From positions 1-10,561 of the forward strand of contig JBDREN010000212.1 in the NCBI GenBank assembly GCA_043819795.1: a stretch of DNA of 10,561 nucleotides, in the 5' to 3' direction. This stretch comes from Elusimicrobiota bacterium (GTDB lineage: Bacteria; Elusimicrobiota; Elusimicrobia; UBA1565). How positions within the stretch are numbered: position 1 is the first letter of the stretch; every line of letters starts with the position of its first letter. Below the pieces are notes generated by a model. It was not told the DNA's origin and ran no database searches. It saw only the letters and a program-made list of their open reading frames with translations. Shown piece by piece: positions 1 through 7,727 of the stretch. A program made the position numbers and the translations under genes.

Positions 1-1
1 G

Positions 2-70
2 CGCCGGGGCGGGGGCGGCGCGCTCAAGCGCGCGGCGCGCCGCGTCGCGAAGAGGTCCCGTGCGGCTTGA
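2..70 (+). CDS. Probable 3' end of an upstream gene (partial; Arg/Lys-rich tail RRGGGGALKRAARRVAKRSRAA*)
   Basis: Open frame from base 2 to TGA at 68-70, overlapping the nadC GTG start as expected for translational coupling. Too short to identify. Confidence 0.35.
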   Translation, partial: RRGGGGALKRAARRVAKRSRAA

Positions 71-941
71 CCGGGAGACGCGCGACATGGTCCGCAGGGC
101 CATCAGGGAGGACCTGGGGCGGCGCGGGGACATCACGACGAGGGACCTGCTCCCGGCCGGAGGACGCTACCGCGCCCGCATCGTCGCCAAGCAGGACGGA
201 GTGGTCTGCGGGATGGACGTGGCCGCCGAGGTGTTCCGGCAGGTCTGCCCGAGGGCCCGATTCTCGGCGAAGGCGCGCGACGGGCGGCGCGTCCGGGCCG
301 GGGACGTGATCGCGGTCGTCCGCGGCCCGCGGGAGATCCTGAGCGCCGAGCGCACGGCCCTTAATTTCCTCCAGCACCTATCCGGAATCGCGACCCTCAC
401 GAGCTTGTACGCCGCCAAGGTCCGCGGGACCCGGGCCCGCATCTACGACACCCGAAAGACCCTGCCGGGCTGGAGGGCGCTCGCCAAATACGCGGTCCGG
501 ACGGGCGGGGGCTCCAACCACCGGATGGGCCTCTTCGACATGGCGATGCTCAAGGACAACCATTTGGCGGCGCTGAAAACGACCGGAAGGAAGCCCAGGG
601 AAGGCGCGCAGCAGGACTTCGTCCGGCTGCGCGTGCGGGAGTTCCGCCGCCGCCACCCGCGCGTGCCCATCGAGATCGAAGCCGTCGACGAGCGAGAGGT
701 GCGCCTGGCGCTGGCCGCGGGAGCCGACATCATCCTGCTCGACAACATGCGCCCTTCGGTCATGGCCAGCCACATCCGGCTCATCAGAAGCGCAGCGCCC
801 CGGACCCGGATCGAGACGTCCGGGGGCGTGAGCCTCCGGGACGTGGCCCGGATCGCCAGGCTCGGGCCCGACCGCATCTCGGTGGGCCGCATCACGCATT
901 CGGCTCCGGCCCTCGACATCGGCATGGATATCGACCGATAG
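60..941 (+). CDS. nadC: Nicotinate-nucleotide diphosphorylase (carboxylating) / quinolinate phosphoribosyltransferase
   Basis: QPRTase motifs EDLG..GDITT, ERTALNFLQHLSGIAT, DTRKTLPG, NHRMGL.D..MLKDNH, DIILLDNM, SGG, THSAPALD. GTG start with GAGG just upstream. Confidence 0.97.
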   Translation: MRLDRETRDMVRRAIREDLGRRGDITTRDLLPAGGRYRARIVAKQDGVVCGMDVAAEVFRQVCPRARFSAKARDGRRVRAGDVIAVVRGPREILSAERTALNFLQHLSGIATLTSLYAAKVRGTRARIYDTRKTLPGWRALAKYAVRTGGGSNHRMGLFDMAMLKDNHLAALKTTGRKPREGAQQDFVRLRVREFRRRHPRVPIEIEAVDEREVRLALAAGADIILLDNMRPSVMASHIRLIRSAAPRTRIETSGGVSLRDVARIARLGPDRISVGRITHSAPALDIGMDIDR

Positions 942-1029
942 TCCTTGCCGCAGCGGGTCCAAAAAATGTGCTTTAAATCGCTGGAACAATAAAGGCCCTT
1001 CTTCCCTGTTCGAATATCCGATCTGGGCC

Positions 1030-1057
1030 TTGACGACGGGGAGAAACCTGCTATACT
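1030..1057 (+). promoter_or_regulatory. Sigma70-type promoter of greA (TTGACG-16 nt-TATACT, extended -10 TG)
   Basis: TTGACG at 1030-1035, TG at 1049-1050 and TATACT at 1052-1057, in an AT-rich intergenic stretch of an otherwise very GC-rich window. Confidence 0.8.
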
Positions 1058-1097
1058 AAATTTCGCCCCCCAGAAAACGGGGGGAATTTCTTTTTTC
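1058..1097 (+). terminator. Intrinsic terminator/attenuator-like hairpin in the greA leader
   Basis: CCCCCC (1066-1071), loop AGAAAAC, GGGGGG (1079-1084), extendable by AAATT/AATTT, followed by TTTCTTTTTT (1087-1096). Confidence 0.6.
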
Positions 1098-1114
1098 TCG
1101 CCGAGGTAGTTCCG

Positions 1115-1588
1115 ATGCCCGAGACTTACCTAACCCGCGCCGGGTACCAGAAGCTGCAGGAAGACCTTAAAGACCTCAGGAAGCGCAAGCAAGTCCTTTC
1201 CGTGGAGATCGGCGAGGCCATGGAAAAGGGCGACCTCCGCGAGAACGCCGAGTACCATTCGGCCAAGGAGCGGCTCGGCGAGGTCATGAGCCGGATCGGC
1301 AGGATCCAAGAGCAGCTCACCTCCGCCCGCCTCATCGACGAGCTGCAGATCAAGTCGGACCAGGTCCAGATCGGGGTCAAGGTGACCCTCCAGGAGGTCG
1401 ATTCATCGGAGGAATACGTCTGGACCCTGGTGGGCCAGCCCGAAGCGGACCCCACCTCCGGCCGCATCTCGGTCCACGCCCCGCTCGCCCAAGGCCTGCT
1501 CGGCCACAAGGTCGGCGAAGAGGTGAAGGTCGAGCTCCCCGCCGGAGAGAAGACCTTCAAGATCCTCAAGACCGAACGCGCGATCTAG
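1115..1588 (+). CDS. greA: Transcription elongation factor GreA
   Basis: 157 aa; YLT..GY..L..EL-like start, GDLRENAEYHSAKE (the two catalytic acidic residues), EADP..GRIS..APLAQGLLG.KVGE.V.V.LPAG. GAGG RBS at 1103-1106. Confidence 0.97.
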   Translation: MPETYLTRAGYQKLQEDLKDLRKRKQVLSVEIGEAMEKGDLRENAEYHSAKERLGEVMSRIGRIQEQLTSARLIDELQIKSDQVQIGVKVTLQEVDSSEEYVWTLVGQPEADPTSGRISVHAPLAQGLLGHKVGEEVKVELPAGEKTFKILKTERAI

Positions 1589-1597
1589 AGCCCTTAG

Positions 1598-2758
1598 GTG
1601 GCGCCTCCCGAACCCGCGCCGGGACTCTCCGCGGCCCTGCGGGAGCGGGCCCATGCCCTCGGCGCCGACCATGTGGGCATCGCCCCGGCCGTACCGCCCC
1701 CGCTCGAGCGGGGAGGACCCGAAGCCTACCTGGCCTGGATCGCGAAGGGGCTTCACGGGGAGATGGGATACATGGCCCGCTCCCCGGAGGACCGCTCCGA
1801 CATCACCCGATGGTTTCCGCCGGCCCGCTCGGTCGTCGTCGCGGCGTTCTCCTACCCTGGGCTCAACGCCCTTCCCAAGGAGCCCGGGCACGGTTGCCCT
1901 CCGGGCTCGAACCAGTACCCTGGGCTCGACGCCTTTCCCGACAGGCCCGGCGCGGGACGCATCGCGCGCTACGCCCTTCCCCCCGACTACCACGACGAGC
2001 TCAAGGGCCGCATGAAGCGGCTCCTGGAATGGTATGTCGAGAACGCGCCGCCTCCCCGGGAGCGCTCCACAGGTCAAGGTCCATCCTCCCGCGCGAAGGC
2101 GACACCCCGCGGGAAGGTCTTCTCGGACACGAGCCCGGTGCTTGAACGTCTGTACGCACGTTGCGCGGGCGTGGGTTGGGTCGGCAAGAACACGATGATC
2201 GTCTCCAGGCGCGTGGGCTCCTTCTTCCTGCTGGCGGGGCTCGCGGTGGACCGTGAGCTCGCCTACGACCAGCCGGTCGGCGACCGCTGCGGAAGCTGCG
2301 ACCGGTGCCTCAAGGCCTGCCCGACCGGAGCGCTCAGGGGCCCCCGCGTCCTCGACGCCTCCCGCTGCGTCAGCTACCTCACGATCGAGAAGCGGCGCGG
2401 CTCCATCCCGGAGAAGCTCCGCGCGGGGCACGGCGCCTGGATATTCGGCTGCGATGTGTGCCAGGAAGTCTGCCCGTGGAACAGATTCTCGCCGCGGACC
2501 CCGGCGCTCGCGGCCCGGCTGCCGGCGACCGCGGACCTAGAGGCCCTGGCCGGCCTCACGGCGGAGGAGTTCCGGGAGCGGTTCCGGGGCACCCCCCTCC
2601 ACAGGACCGGCCACCCGGCCCTCCTGCGCAACGCCCTGCTGGGCATGGGGAACTCGGGCGACCCGCGCCACCGGCCCACGCTGGAGCGCTTCTCCGGTCA
2701 CGAAGACCCGGTGCTGGCCGAACAGGCCCGCTGGAGCCTCAAGAAAACCCGAATTTGA
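1598..2758 (+). CDS. queG: tRNA epoxyqueuosine(34) reductase QueG
   Basis: WIAKGLHGEMGYM, GRIARYA...DYHD, DTSPVLER, GWVGKN, Fe-S motifs CGSCDRCLKACP and GCDVCQEVCPWN, C.SYLTIE, and a C-terminal LRNALLGMGN HEAT-like region. GTG start is less certain. Confidence 0.95.
   Translation: MAPPEPAPGLSAALRERAHALGADHVGIAPAVPPPLERGGPEAYLAWIAKGLHGEMGYMARSPEDRSDITRWFPPARSVVVAAFSYPGLNALPKEPGHGCPPGSNQYPGLDAFPDRPGAGRIARYALPPDYHDELKGRMKRLLEWYVENAPPPRERSTGQGPSSRAKATPRGKVFSDTSPVLERLYARCAGVGWVGKNTMIVSRRVGSFFLLAGLAVDRELAYDQPVGDRCGSCDRCLKACPTGALRGPRVLDASRCVSYLTIEKRRGSIPEKLRAGHGAWIFGCDVCQEVCPWNRFSPRTPALAARLPATADLEALAGLTAEEFRERFRGTPLHRTGHPALLRNALLGMGNSGDPRHRPTLERFSGHEDPVLAEQARWSLKKTRI
1853..1957 (+). repeat. Intragenic direct repeat (period 63 nt) flanking a hairpin inside queG
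   Basis: Copies start at 1853 (TACCCTGGGCTCAACGCCCTTCCC) and 1916 (TACCCTGGGCTCGACGCCTTTCCC), 22/24 identical. Inverted repeat GAGCCCGG (1880-1887) / CCGGGCTC (1901-1908) lies between them. Confidence 0.8.
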
Positions 2759-2771
2759 TAAACTCGCCGGG

Positions 2772-4088
2772 ATGATACCCCTCCGGTCGACCGTACTCGC
2801 GCTGCTGCTTCTGGGAGCCGCCTCGTCGGCCTCGGCCCTGCCTCCTACGGAGCTCATCAAGTCGGACGAAGTCCGCGTCCCCAAGAAGATCCCGGAGGAG
2901 CTCGAGGTCCCGCCGTCCCCGGAGGCCCCGTGGCCGATCCGGCTCATGATCCGGCCTTTCCCCAAGGGCATGTTCATCCGCCTCCCCATCGTGGACACCG
3001 ACCCGAACCGGGGCGTGACCTACGGCGTCATGCCCATCTGGGTGCTGCAGGGCAAAGACGAGACGCGGATCCTCTACATCCACGCCCCCTCGCTCACCTA
3101 CAACGATAGCTTCAAGTTCACCCCGACGTACCGGTTCTACTACTATCCCACGCCGAAGGCGAGCTACGCGTTCCGCACGTCGCTCTCCGGCAGGAAGAAC
3201 CGCGAGATCATGGGCGAGATGGAGGATATGGACTTCCTCCGCCGCGGCATCGCCGCCACGGCGCGGCTCCAGTACGACGTGGACGCGTCCAAGCGCTTCT
3301 TCGGCCTCGGGCCGGACAGCTCGCGGCACTCCGAGACCAACTTCACCCGGCAGATGTTCCATTACCGCTGCCGGGTCGGCCTGCCACTCTTTCACGGGAG
3401 CGGCATCAAGTTCAACATCGCGCACCACCTGGCCGGCGAACGGATCGCGACGGGGGCGATCAACACGCTGCCCGACATCGGGGACCTCTTCCCGGAGCAC
3501 AAGCCCGCGCGCTGGCACCAGGACTCGGAGCTGCAGCTCTTCATCGATTACGACACCCGCGACGACTCGGCCACGACCACGCGCGGCACCTACGTCAAGT
3601 TCGCGATCGAAAACTCGCAAAACGGATTCGGGAGCGAGTTCTCCTTCCAGCGCTACGGCATAGACCTGCGCCATTTCCACAACCCCGACATGCGACCCTG
3701 GCCGATCACGGCCCTGCGGTTCCAGTACGAGCAGCTCGTGGGCGACGCCCCCTTCTACATGCTGCCGTCGCTCGGAGGCAAAAAAGTGCACCGCGCCTAC
3801 GGCGCGGGCCGCTACATCGACAAGGGTATGTACACCGCCACCATCGAGGAGCGCTTCATCGCCTATAGCACGGAGGTCGCCGGCGTCACGACCGAGGTCG
3901 AGGTCGCGCCGTTCTTCGGCCTCGGCACGGTGTTCGGCACGCCCAAGCGGATCACCAATCGCTACACGCGTCCGGTCGTCGGGACGGCGTTCCGGGCGAT
4001 CGCCCGCCCCCAGGTCGTCGGCTCCGTCGACGTGGGCATCGGCCAGGAAGGCCCCTCGGTCTTCATGGACATCAACTACTCGTTCTAG
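2772..4088 (+). CDS. Omp85 / BamA-TamA family outer-membrane beta-barrel protein (no evident POTRA domains)
   Basis: N-terminal signal peptide (LALLLLGAASSASA); LPIVDTDPNRGVTYG first-strand motif; YDTRD; L6-like SLGG...HRAY..GRYID; amphipathic strands; C-terminal beta-signal MDINYSF ending in Phe. Confidence 0.85.
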   Translation: MIPLRSTVLALLLLGAASSASALPPTELIKSDEVRVPKKIPEELEVPPSPEAPWPIRLMIRPFPKGMFIRLPIVDTDPNRGVTYGVMPIWVLQGKDETRILYIHAPSLTYNDSFKFTPTYRFYYYPTPKASYAFRTSLSGRKNREIMGEMEDMDFLRRGIAATARLQYDVDASKRFFGLGPDSSRHSETNFTRQMFHYRCRVGLPLFHGSGIKFNIAHHLAGERIATGAINTLPDIGDLFPEHKPARWHQDSELQLFIDYDTRDDSATTTRGTYVKFAIENSQNGFGSEFSFQRYGIDLRHFHNPDMRPWPITALRFQYEQLVGDAPFYMLPSLGGKKVHRAYGAGRYIDKGMYTATIEERFIAYSTEVAGVTTEVEVAPFFGLGTVFGTPKRITNRYTRPVVGTAFRAIARPQVVGSVDVGIGQEGPSVFMDINYSF

Positions 4089-4090
4089 CC

Positions 4091-5188
4091 ATGGAACGCG
4101 TCGACGTGGCCGTGGTCGGAGCCGGGGTCGTGGGCCTCGCGGTCGCCGCCGAGGTCGCCCGGGACGATCGGACCGTGGTCGTCCTCGAGTCCCATCCCCG
4201 CTACGGCGTGGAGACCTCGAGCCGCAACAGCGAGGTCCTCCACGCGGGCATCTACTACCCCCCGGAGAGCCTGAAGAGCCGCCTCTGCCACGAAGGCCGG
4301 AAGCGCATCTACGCGATGGCCTCCGAGGGCCGTTTCCCCGCGAAGAAGCTCGGCAAGCTCATCGTCGCCGCCGACGCCGAAGAGGCCGGCACCCTCCCGC
4401 CGCTCAAGGACCGCGCCGAGCGCTCGGGCGCCGAAGGACTCCGCCTCCTGGACGGGACGGAAGCGGGCCGCCGGATACCCGGCCTCGAGGTCGAGGCCGC
4501 GCTCTGGTGTCCCGAATCGGGGATCGTCGACTCGGAAGGGCTCATGCGCCACTTCTGCCTCCGAGCCACGGACGCGGGGGTCATGTTCCTCTTCCAGAAC
4601 GCCGTCACCGGGGTCGAGACGCGCGAGGGAGGCTACGTCTTGACCTTCGGGAAGGCGGGGGAGACTCTGCTCGCCCGCGCGGTGGTGAACGCGGCGGGGC
4701 TGCATTCCGACCGCCTGGCCGCCATGGCCGGCATCGACGTGGACGCGGCCGGGTACCGGCTGCACTGGTGCAAAGGCTCCTATTTCCGGTACCGCGGGAC
4801 CATGAGCCTGCGGCACCTCGTCTATCCGGTCCCGGCGAAGCACGGCCTCGGCATCCACCTGACGCCCGACCAGCAGGGCCACGTCCGCCTCGGTCCGGAC
4901 ACGCGCTTCGTCGACTCCCTCGACTACGACGTGGACCCCGCGCTCCGGGACGCCTTCGCCGCGTCGGCCGGGCGCTACTGGCCGGGGCTGGAGGCCGGGG
5001 ACCTCATCTGCGACACCGCTGGGATCCGCCCCAAGCTCTCGGGGCCGGAAGGCGGCTTCCGCGACTTCGTGGTCGCCGAGGAATCCGGCCGGGGCCTGCC
5101 CGGATGGATCGACCTGATCGGGATCGACTCGCCGGGACTCACGGCCTCGCCCGCCATCGCCGGGATGGTGGCCCGCATGATCGAATAG
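4091..5188 (+). CDS. FAD-dependent oxidoreductase, L-2-hydroxyglutarate oxidase/dehydrogenase (LhgO-like, DAO family)
   Basis: Rossmann VVGAGVVGLA, TSSRNSEVLHAGIYY, VVNAAGLHSD, KGSYF, LVYPVP..GLGIHLT.D, AGIRPKL, GIDSPGLTAS. Substrate not established. Confidence 0.88.
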   Translation: MERVDVAVVGAGVVGLAVAAEVARDDRTVVVLESHPRYGVETSSRNSEVLHAGIYYPPESLKSRLCHEGRKRIYAMASEGRFPAKKLGKLIVAADAEEAGTLPPLKDRAERSGAEGLRLLDGTEAGRRIPGLEVEAALWCPESGIVDSEGLMRHFCLRATDAGVMFLFQNAVTGVETREGGYVLTFGKAGETLLARAVVNAAGLHSDRLAAMAGIDVDAAGYRLHWCKGSYFRYRGTMSLRHLVYPVPAKHGLGIHLTPDQQGHVRLGPDTRFVDSLDYDVDPALRDAFAASAGRYWPGLEAGDLICDTAGIRPKLSGPEGGFRDFVVAEESGRGLPGWIDLIGIDSPGLTASPAIAGMVARMIE

Positions 5189-7495
5189 GTGCGCAGCGAA
5201 TCTCTGCCTTGGAAGGCCTTGTGGCGCCCGGCGGCCGCCCTGGCCCTCGCCGCCGGTCTGATCGTCGCCGAGCGCGCGATCGAGTCGAGGCGATTCGTGG
5301 CCCCCGCGCGGGAGCAGGGTGAGTTCGCGGCGTGGCTCTACGGAGACGCCGGAGAGTCCCTGCGCCACAACGTCCCTCCCTCCCCCGGGACCGACGTCTC
5401 CTACCATATGCCCCTGTCCAGCCTCCTCGCCTCGAGGCTGGACTATCACGCGCATCCGCTCCTGCGGCGCAACTGGGGCCGCTTGACGAACTTCGCGAAG
5501 TTCGGGCTGATCGTGCTGCTGGGGACGCTCTTGTCGTCGCCGGCCGCTGGCGTCGTCGGCGCGGTCCTGGTATGGGGACTCGGGCTCATCCCCTACGGCG
5601 TCGAATACGTGCAGTTCCACTACAGCCTCCTCGTCTCGGTCTGCGCGGCCGCCCTGGCCTGGTATGCCCGCCGCCCCTCCATACGGCGCAGCCTGACGCT
5701 GGGCGCGGCGGTAGGCGTCAGCCTGCTCTTCCGATCGCCGCTGGCCTTCCTGCCCCCCTTCTGGGCGCTCTTCGAGTGGCGAAGGCTCCGAGCGCGCCCT
5801 CCTCGGGCGCGCCTGCGCGTCATCCTGCCGGCCCTCCTCCTTTCGTACGGGTTCCTCCTGCCCTGGACCGATATGAACTGGAGGCTGCACGGCCGGGTCG
5901 TGCCCGTCGAGAACCGCGAGGCGACTGCGAACGTCGTTACAGGGGCTTTGGGGATGCTGGCCCCCATCGAGGGGGACTGGCGCGCTCTCGTGGAGGCCCC
6001 CCCCGAGGACCGCCTCGCCGACGTGCTGGCGTGGGCGGCGGGCGAGATCGCGCGGCATCCCGCCCGCTACGCGAAGGCCGTTCTCTCCCGGCTCGCCTAC
6101 GCGTCATCCCTCCACCCTCTTCTGCTCCTGGCGGCCGTCATCGCGCTCTGGCGCCTGCGCCGCCGGTCCGGCCCGGCGCTCCTGGGCGGGATGGCATTCT
6201 ATTTCATCGCGGCGCACTGCCTCATGACGGTGAGACCGGACTTCTTCATGCCCCTCTGGCCTCTCCTGGCCGCGCTGGTGGGCGCGGCGCTTACGGAAGC
6301 GGGGCTGGGCGCCGGCCGGACACGCGGGCGGGAGCGGGCGATCCGTGCCGGGGGAAGATGCCTCGAAATCGCCGTGCTGGCCTTGGCGGCGGCGTCTCTG
6401 CCCGCGGTCCGCAGCGTCCTCGCCTACCGCCTCCCTCGGCATGAGGCACGTGACGCCGCGTATTCGCGGGCCATCGAAAGCCATCCCGACGACGCGTGGT
6501 TGAGGCGGCAAAGGGGCCGCAGGAGGCTGCTTGCCGGAGACTTCGCGGGGGCCGAGACGGACTACGCGCACGCGCAGAGACTCCGCCCCGCAGACCCCGA
6601 GATCGAGCTTGAGCTCGCCTGGGCCGCTTACCGAAACGGGGACCCCAGCGCCCTGGAAGCGTACCGCGTCCGCGGGCCCGCAGCGTCCGGCCGGCTGCAG
6701 TTCAAGAGCCTCCTCATGAAGGTGCACGCCGCCCTCGCCCAGCGGAAGACCCAGGAGGCTCGCTATCAGCTGGCCCTGCTCGACTCGGTCTGGCGATACC
6801 GGCTCACCGCCGTCCTAGACGCGGACCGCTCCCGGGATCGCTCCGCGCTGTCGCGGCTCCGCGGGACGCCGTCGCTTTCCCTCCACCACGTGTCCCGCTC
6901 GCTGGAGGAGGCCCTTCCTCCCGACGAGAGGCTCCGTTTCCTCGCGAGGCTCCAAAGTCTCGACACCGAACAAAAAGAGATCTGGTCGCGCGCCTACAGC
7001 GGCGAGAAGGCGCGGATCGTCGACCGCGCCTGGCGGGCCGCGAGAACGGGAAGGCGTCGCAGCGCGCTTCGCCTGCTATCGGCCGCGCGATCTGTCCCGT
7101 TGGAGCCGGAGGCCGAGCACAAGCTGTTTCTCGCCTACCAGGAGATGGGCGAGTACGGCCACGCGCGCGCTCTCATCGAGAAGCTCATTAGGAAGGATCC
7201 GGGCAGGGCTTCGCTCCACAGCGACCGCGGCGTCTGCCACTATCTCAACGGGGAGCCGGAGCTCGCGATCGCAAGCCTGCGCCGCGCGATCCGCCTCGAC
7301 CCCGCCTCCCCGGCCCCTTATCTGTCCCTCGGCGCGGTCTACGCCTTCCAACAACGGTACGACAAAGCCATCGCGGTCTACGACCTCGGACTCACAGCGA
7401 CGCGAGGCGACCGGGGCTCCGCCCTGCGCGTCCGGATCCGGAGATCCCGCGACGAGATCCTCTCCCGCCTTCAGGCGGGCGAGCGCTCCGATTGA
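5189..7495 (+). CDS. Polytopic membrane protein (GT-C / ArnT-PMT-like N-terminal region) with C-terminal TPR repeats
   Basis: Multiple hydrophobic segments in the first ~410 aa; TPR-like motifs GDFAGAETDYAHAQRLRP, LHSDRGVCHYLNGEPELAIASLRRAIRLDP, PYLSLGAVYAFQQRYDKAIAVYD. GTG abuts the previous stop codon. The GT-C assignment is inference. Confidence 0.75.
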   Translation: MRSESLPWKALWRPAAALALAAGLIVAERAIESRRFVAPAREQGEFAAWLYGDAGESLRHNVPPSPGTDVSYHMPLSSLLASRLDYHAHPLLRRNWGRLTNFAKFGLIVLLGTLLSSPAAGVVGAVLVWGLGLIPYGVEYVQFHYSLLVSVCAAALAWYARRPSIRRSLTLGAAVGVSLLFRSPLAFLPPFWALFEWRRLRARPPRARLRVILPALLLSYGFLLPWTDMNWRLHGRVVPVENREATANVVTGALGMLAPIEGDWRALVEAPPEDRLADVLAWAAGEIARHPARYAKAVLSRLAYASSLHPLLLLAAVIALWRLRRRSGPALLGGMAFYFIAAHCLMTVRPDFFMPLWPLLAALVGAALTEAGLGAGRTRGRERAIRAGGRCLEIAVLALAAASLPAVRSVLAYRLPRHEARDAAYSRAIESHPDDAWLRRQRGRRRLLAGDFAGAETDYAHAQRLRPADPEIELELAWAAYRNGDPSALEAYRVRGPAASGRLQFKSLLMKVHAALAQRKTQEARYQLALLDSVWRYRLTAVLDADRSRDRSALSRLRGTPSLSLHHVSRSLEEALPPDERLRFLARLQSLDTEQKEIWSRAYSGEKARIVDRAWRAARTGRRRSALRLLSAARSVPLEPEAEHKLFLAYQEMGEYGHARALIEKLIRKDPGRASLHSDRGVCHYLNGEPELAIASLRRAIRLDPASPAPYLSLGAVYAFQQRYDKAIAVYDLGLTATRGDRGSALRVRIRRSRDEILSRLQAGERSD

Positions 7496-7520
7496 ACTGG
7501 CCGGCGGGCAATAATACAAT
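7492..7520 (+). promoter_or_regulatory. Sigma70-type promoter (TTGAAC-17 nt-TACAAT)
   Basis: TTGAAC at 7492-7497 and TACAAT at 7515-7520 with an exact 17-nt spacer, in an AT-rich patch overlapping the stop of the TPR gene. Confidence 0.65.
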
Positions 7521-7567
7521 GTTGAGGCCCGGCTCTGACGCCGAAGCGGCAGAGGATCTTGGACTTA

Positions 7568-7720
7568 ATGGAGGCGGAACGCGACCGCCAGCAGCGCGCC
7601 TGGCTCAAGGACCGCCAGGAGAAGTCCCGCGACGAGCCGGACGACAAGCAGGAGCGTCGGGACGATCCTCCGTCCAGGCAGAAGGGCCTGAAATGGACGG
7701 AGCCAGCCGTGATAGAATAG
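7568..7720 (+). CDS. Small highly charged hypothetical protein, 50 aa (MEAERDRQQRAWLKDRQEKSRDEPDDKQERRDDPPSRQKGLKWTEPAVIE)
   Basis: Absent from the ORF track (below its apparent 60-aa cutoff). ATG at 7568 with AGAGGA at 7551-7556; mostly G/C third positions; TAG at 7718-7720 overlaps the AGGAGG RBS of the next gene. Confidence 0.55.
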   Translation: MEAERDRQQRAWLKDRQEKSRDEPDDKQERRDDPPSRQKGLKWTEPAVIE

Positions 7721-7727
7721 GAGGCAT

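Noticed and set aside
983..1014. Possible ECF/sigmaE promoter (GGAAC...GTT) upstream of greA
   Set aside because: The spacer between GGAAC and GTT is 20 nt, too long for the consensus.
1403..3791. Minus-strand ORFs 1403..2431, 2537..2998 and 2739..3791
   Set aside because: They overlap well-supported greA, queG and Omp85 genes on the opposite strand and have shadow-type composition.
4085..6058. 657-aa minus-strand ORF
   Set aside because: Antisense shadow of the oxidoreductase and TPR genes. Long stop-free antisense frames are expected at this GC content, and it has no recognisable motifs.
4507..6444. Alternative-frame plus-strand ORFs 4507..5322 and 5332..6444
   Set aside because: Arg/Pro/Gly-rich out-of-frame translations typical of high-GC DNA. 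The main frames are intact, so no frameshift is needed.
7535..7570. LTPKRQRILDL resembles the first helix of LexA-type DNA-binding domains
   Set aside because: Only 11 residues, no ATG/GTG start, and the downstream sequence does not continue as a winged helix.
7710..7718. TGATAGAAT, an extended -10-like motif
   Set aside because: A start site 6-7 nt downstream would cut off the AGGAGG RBS of the 7728 gene, and no properly spaced -35 is present. Not excluded, but unsupported.
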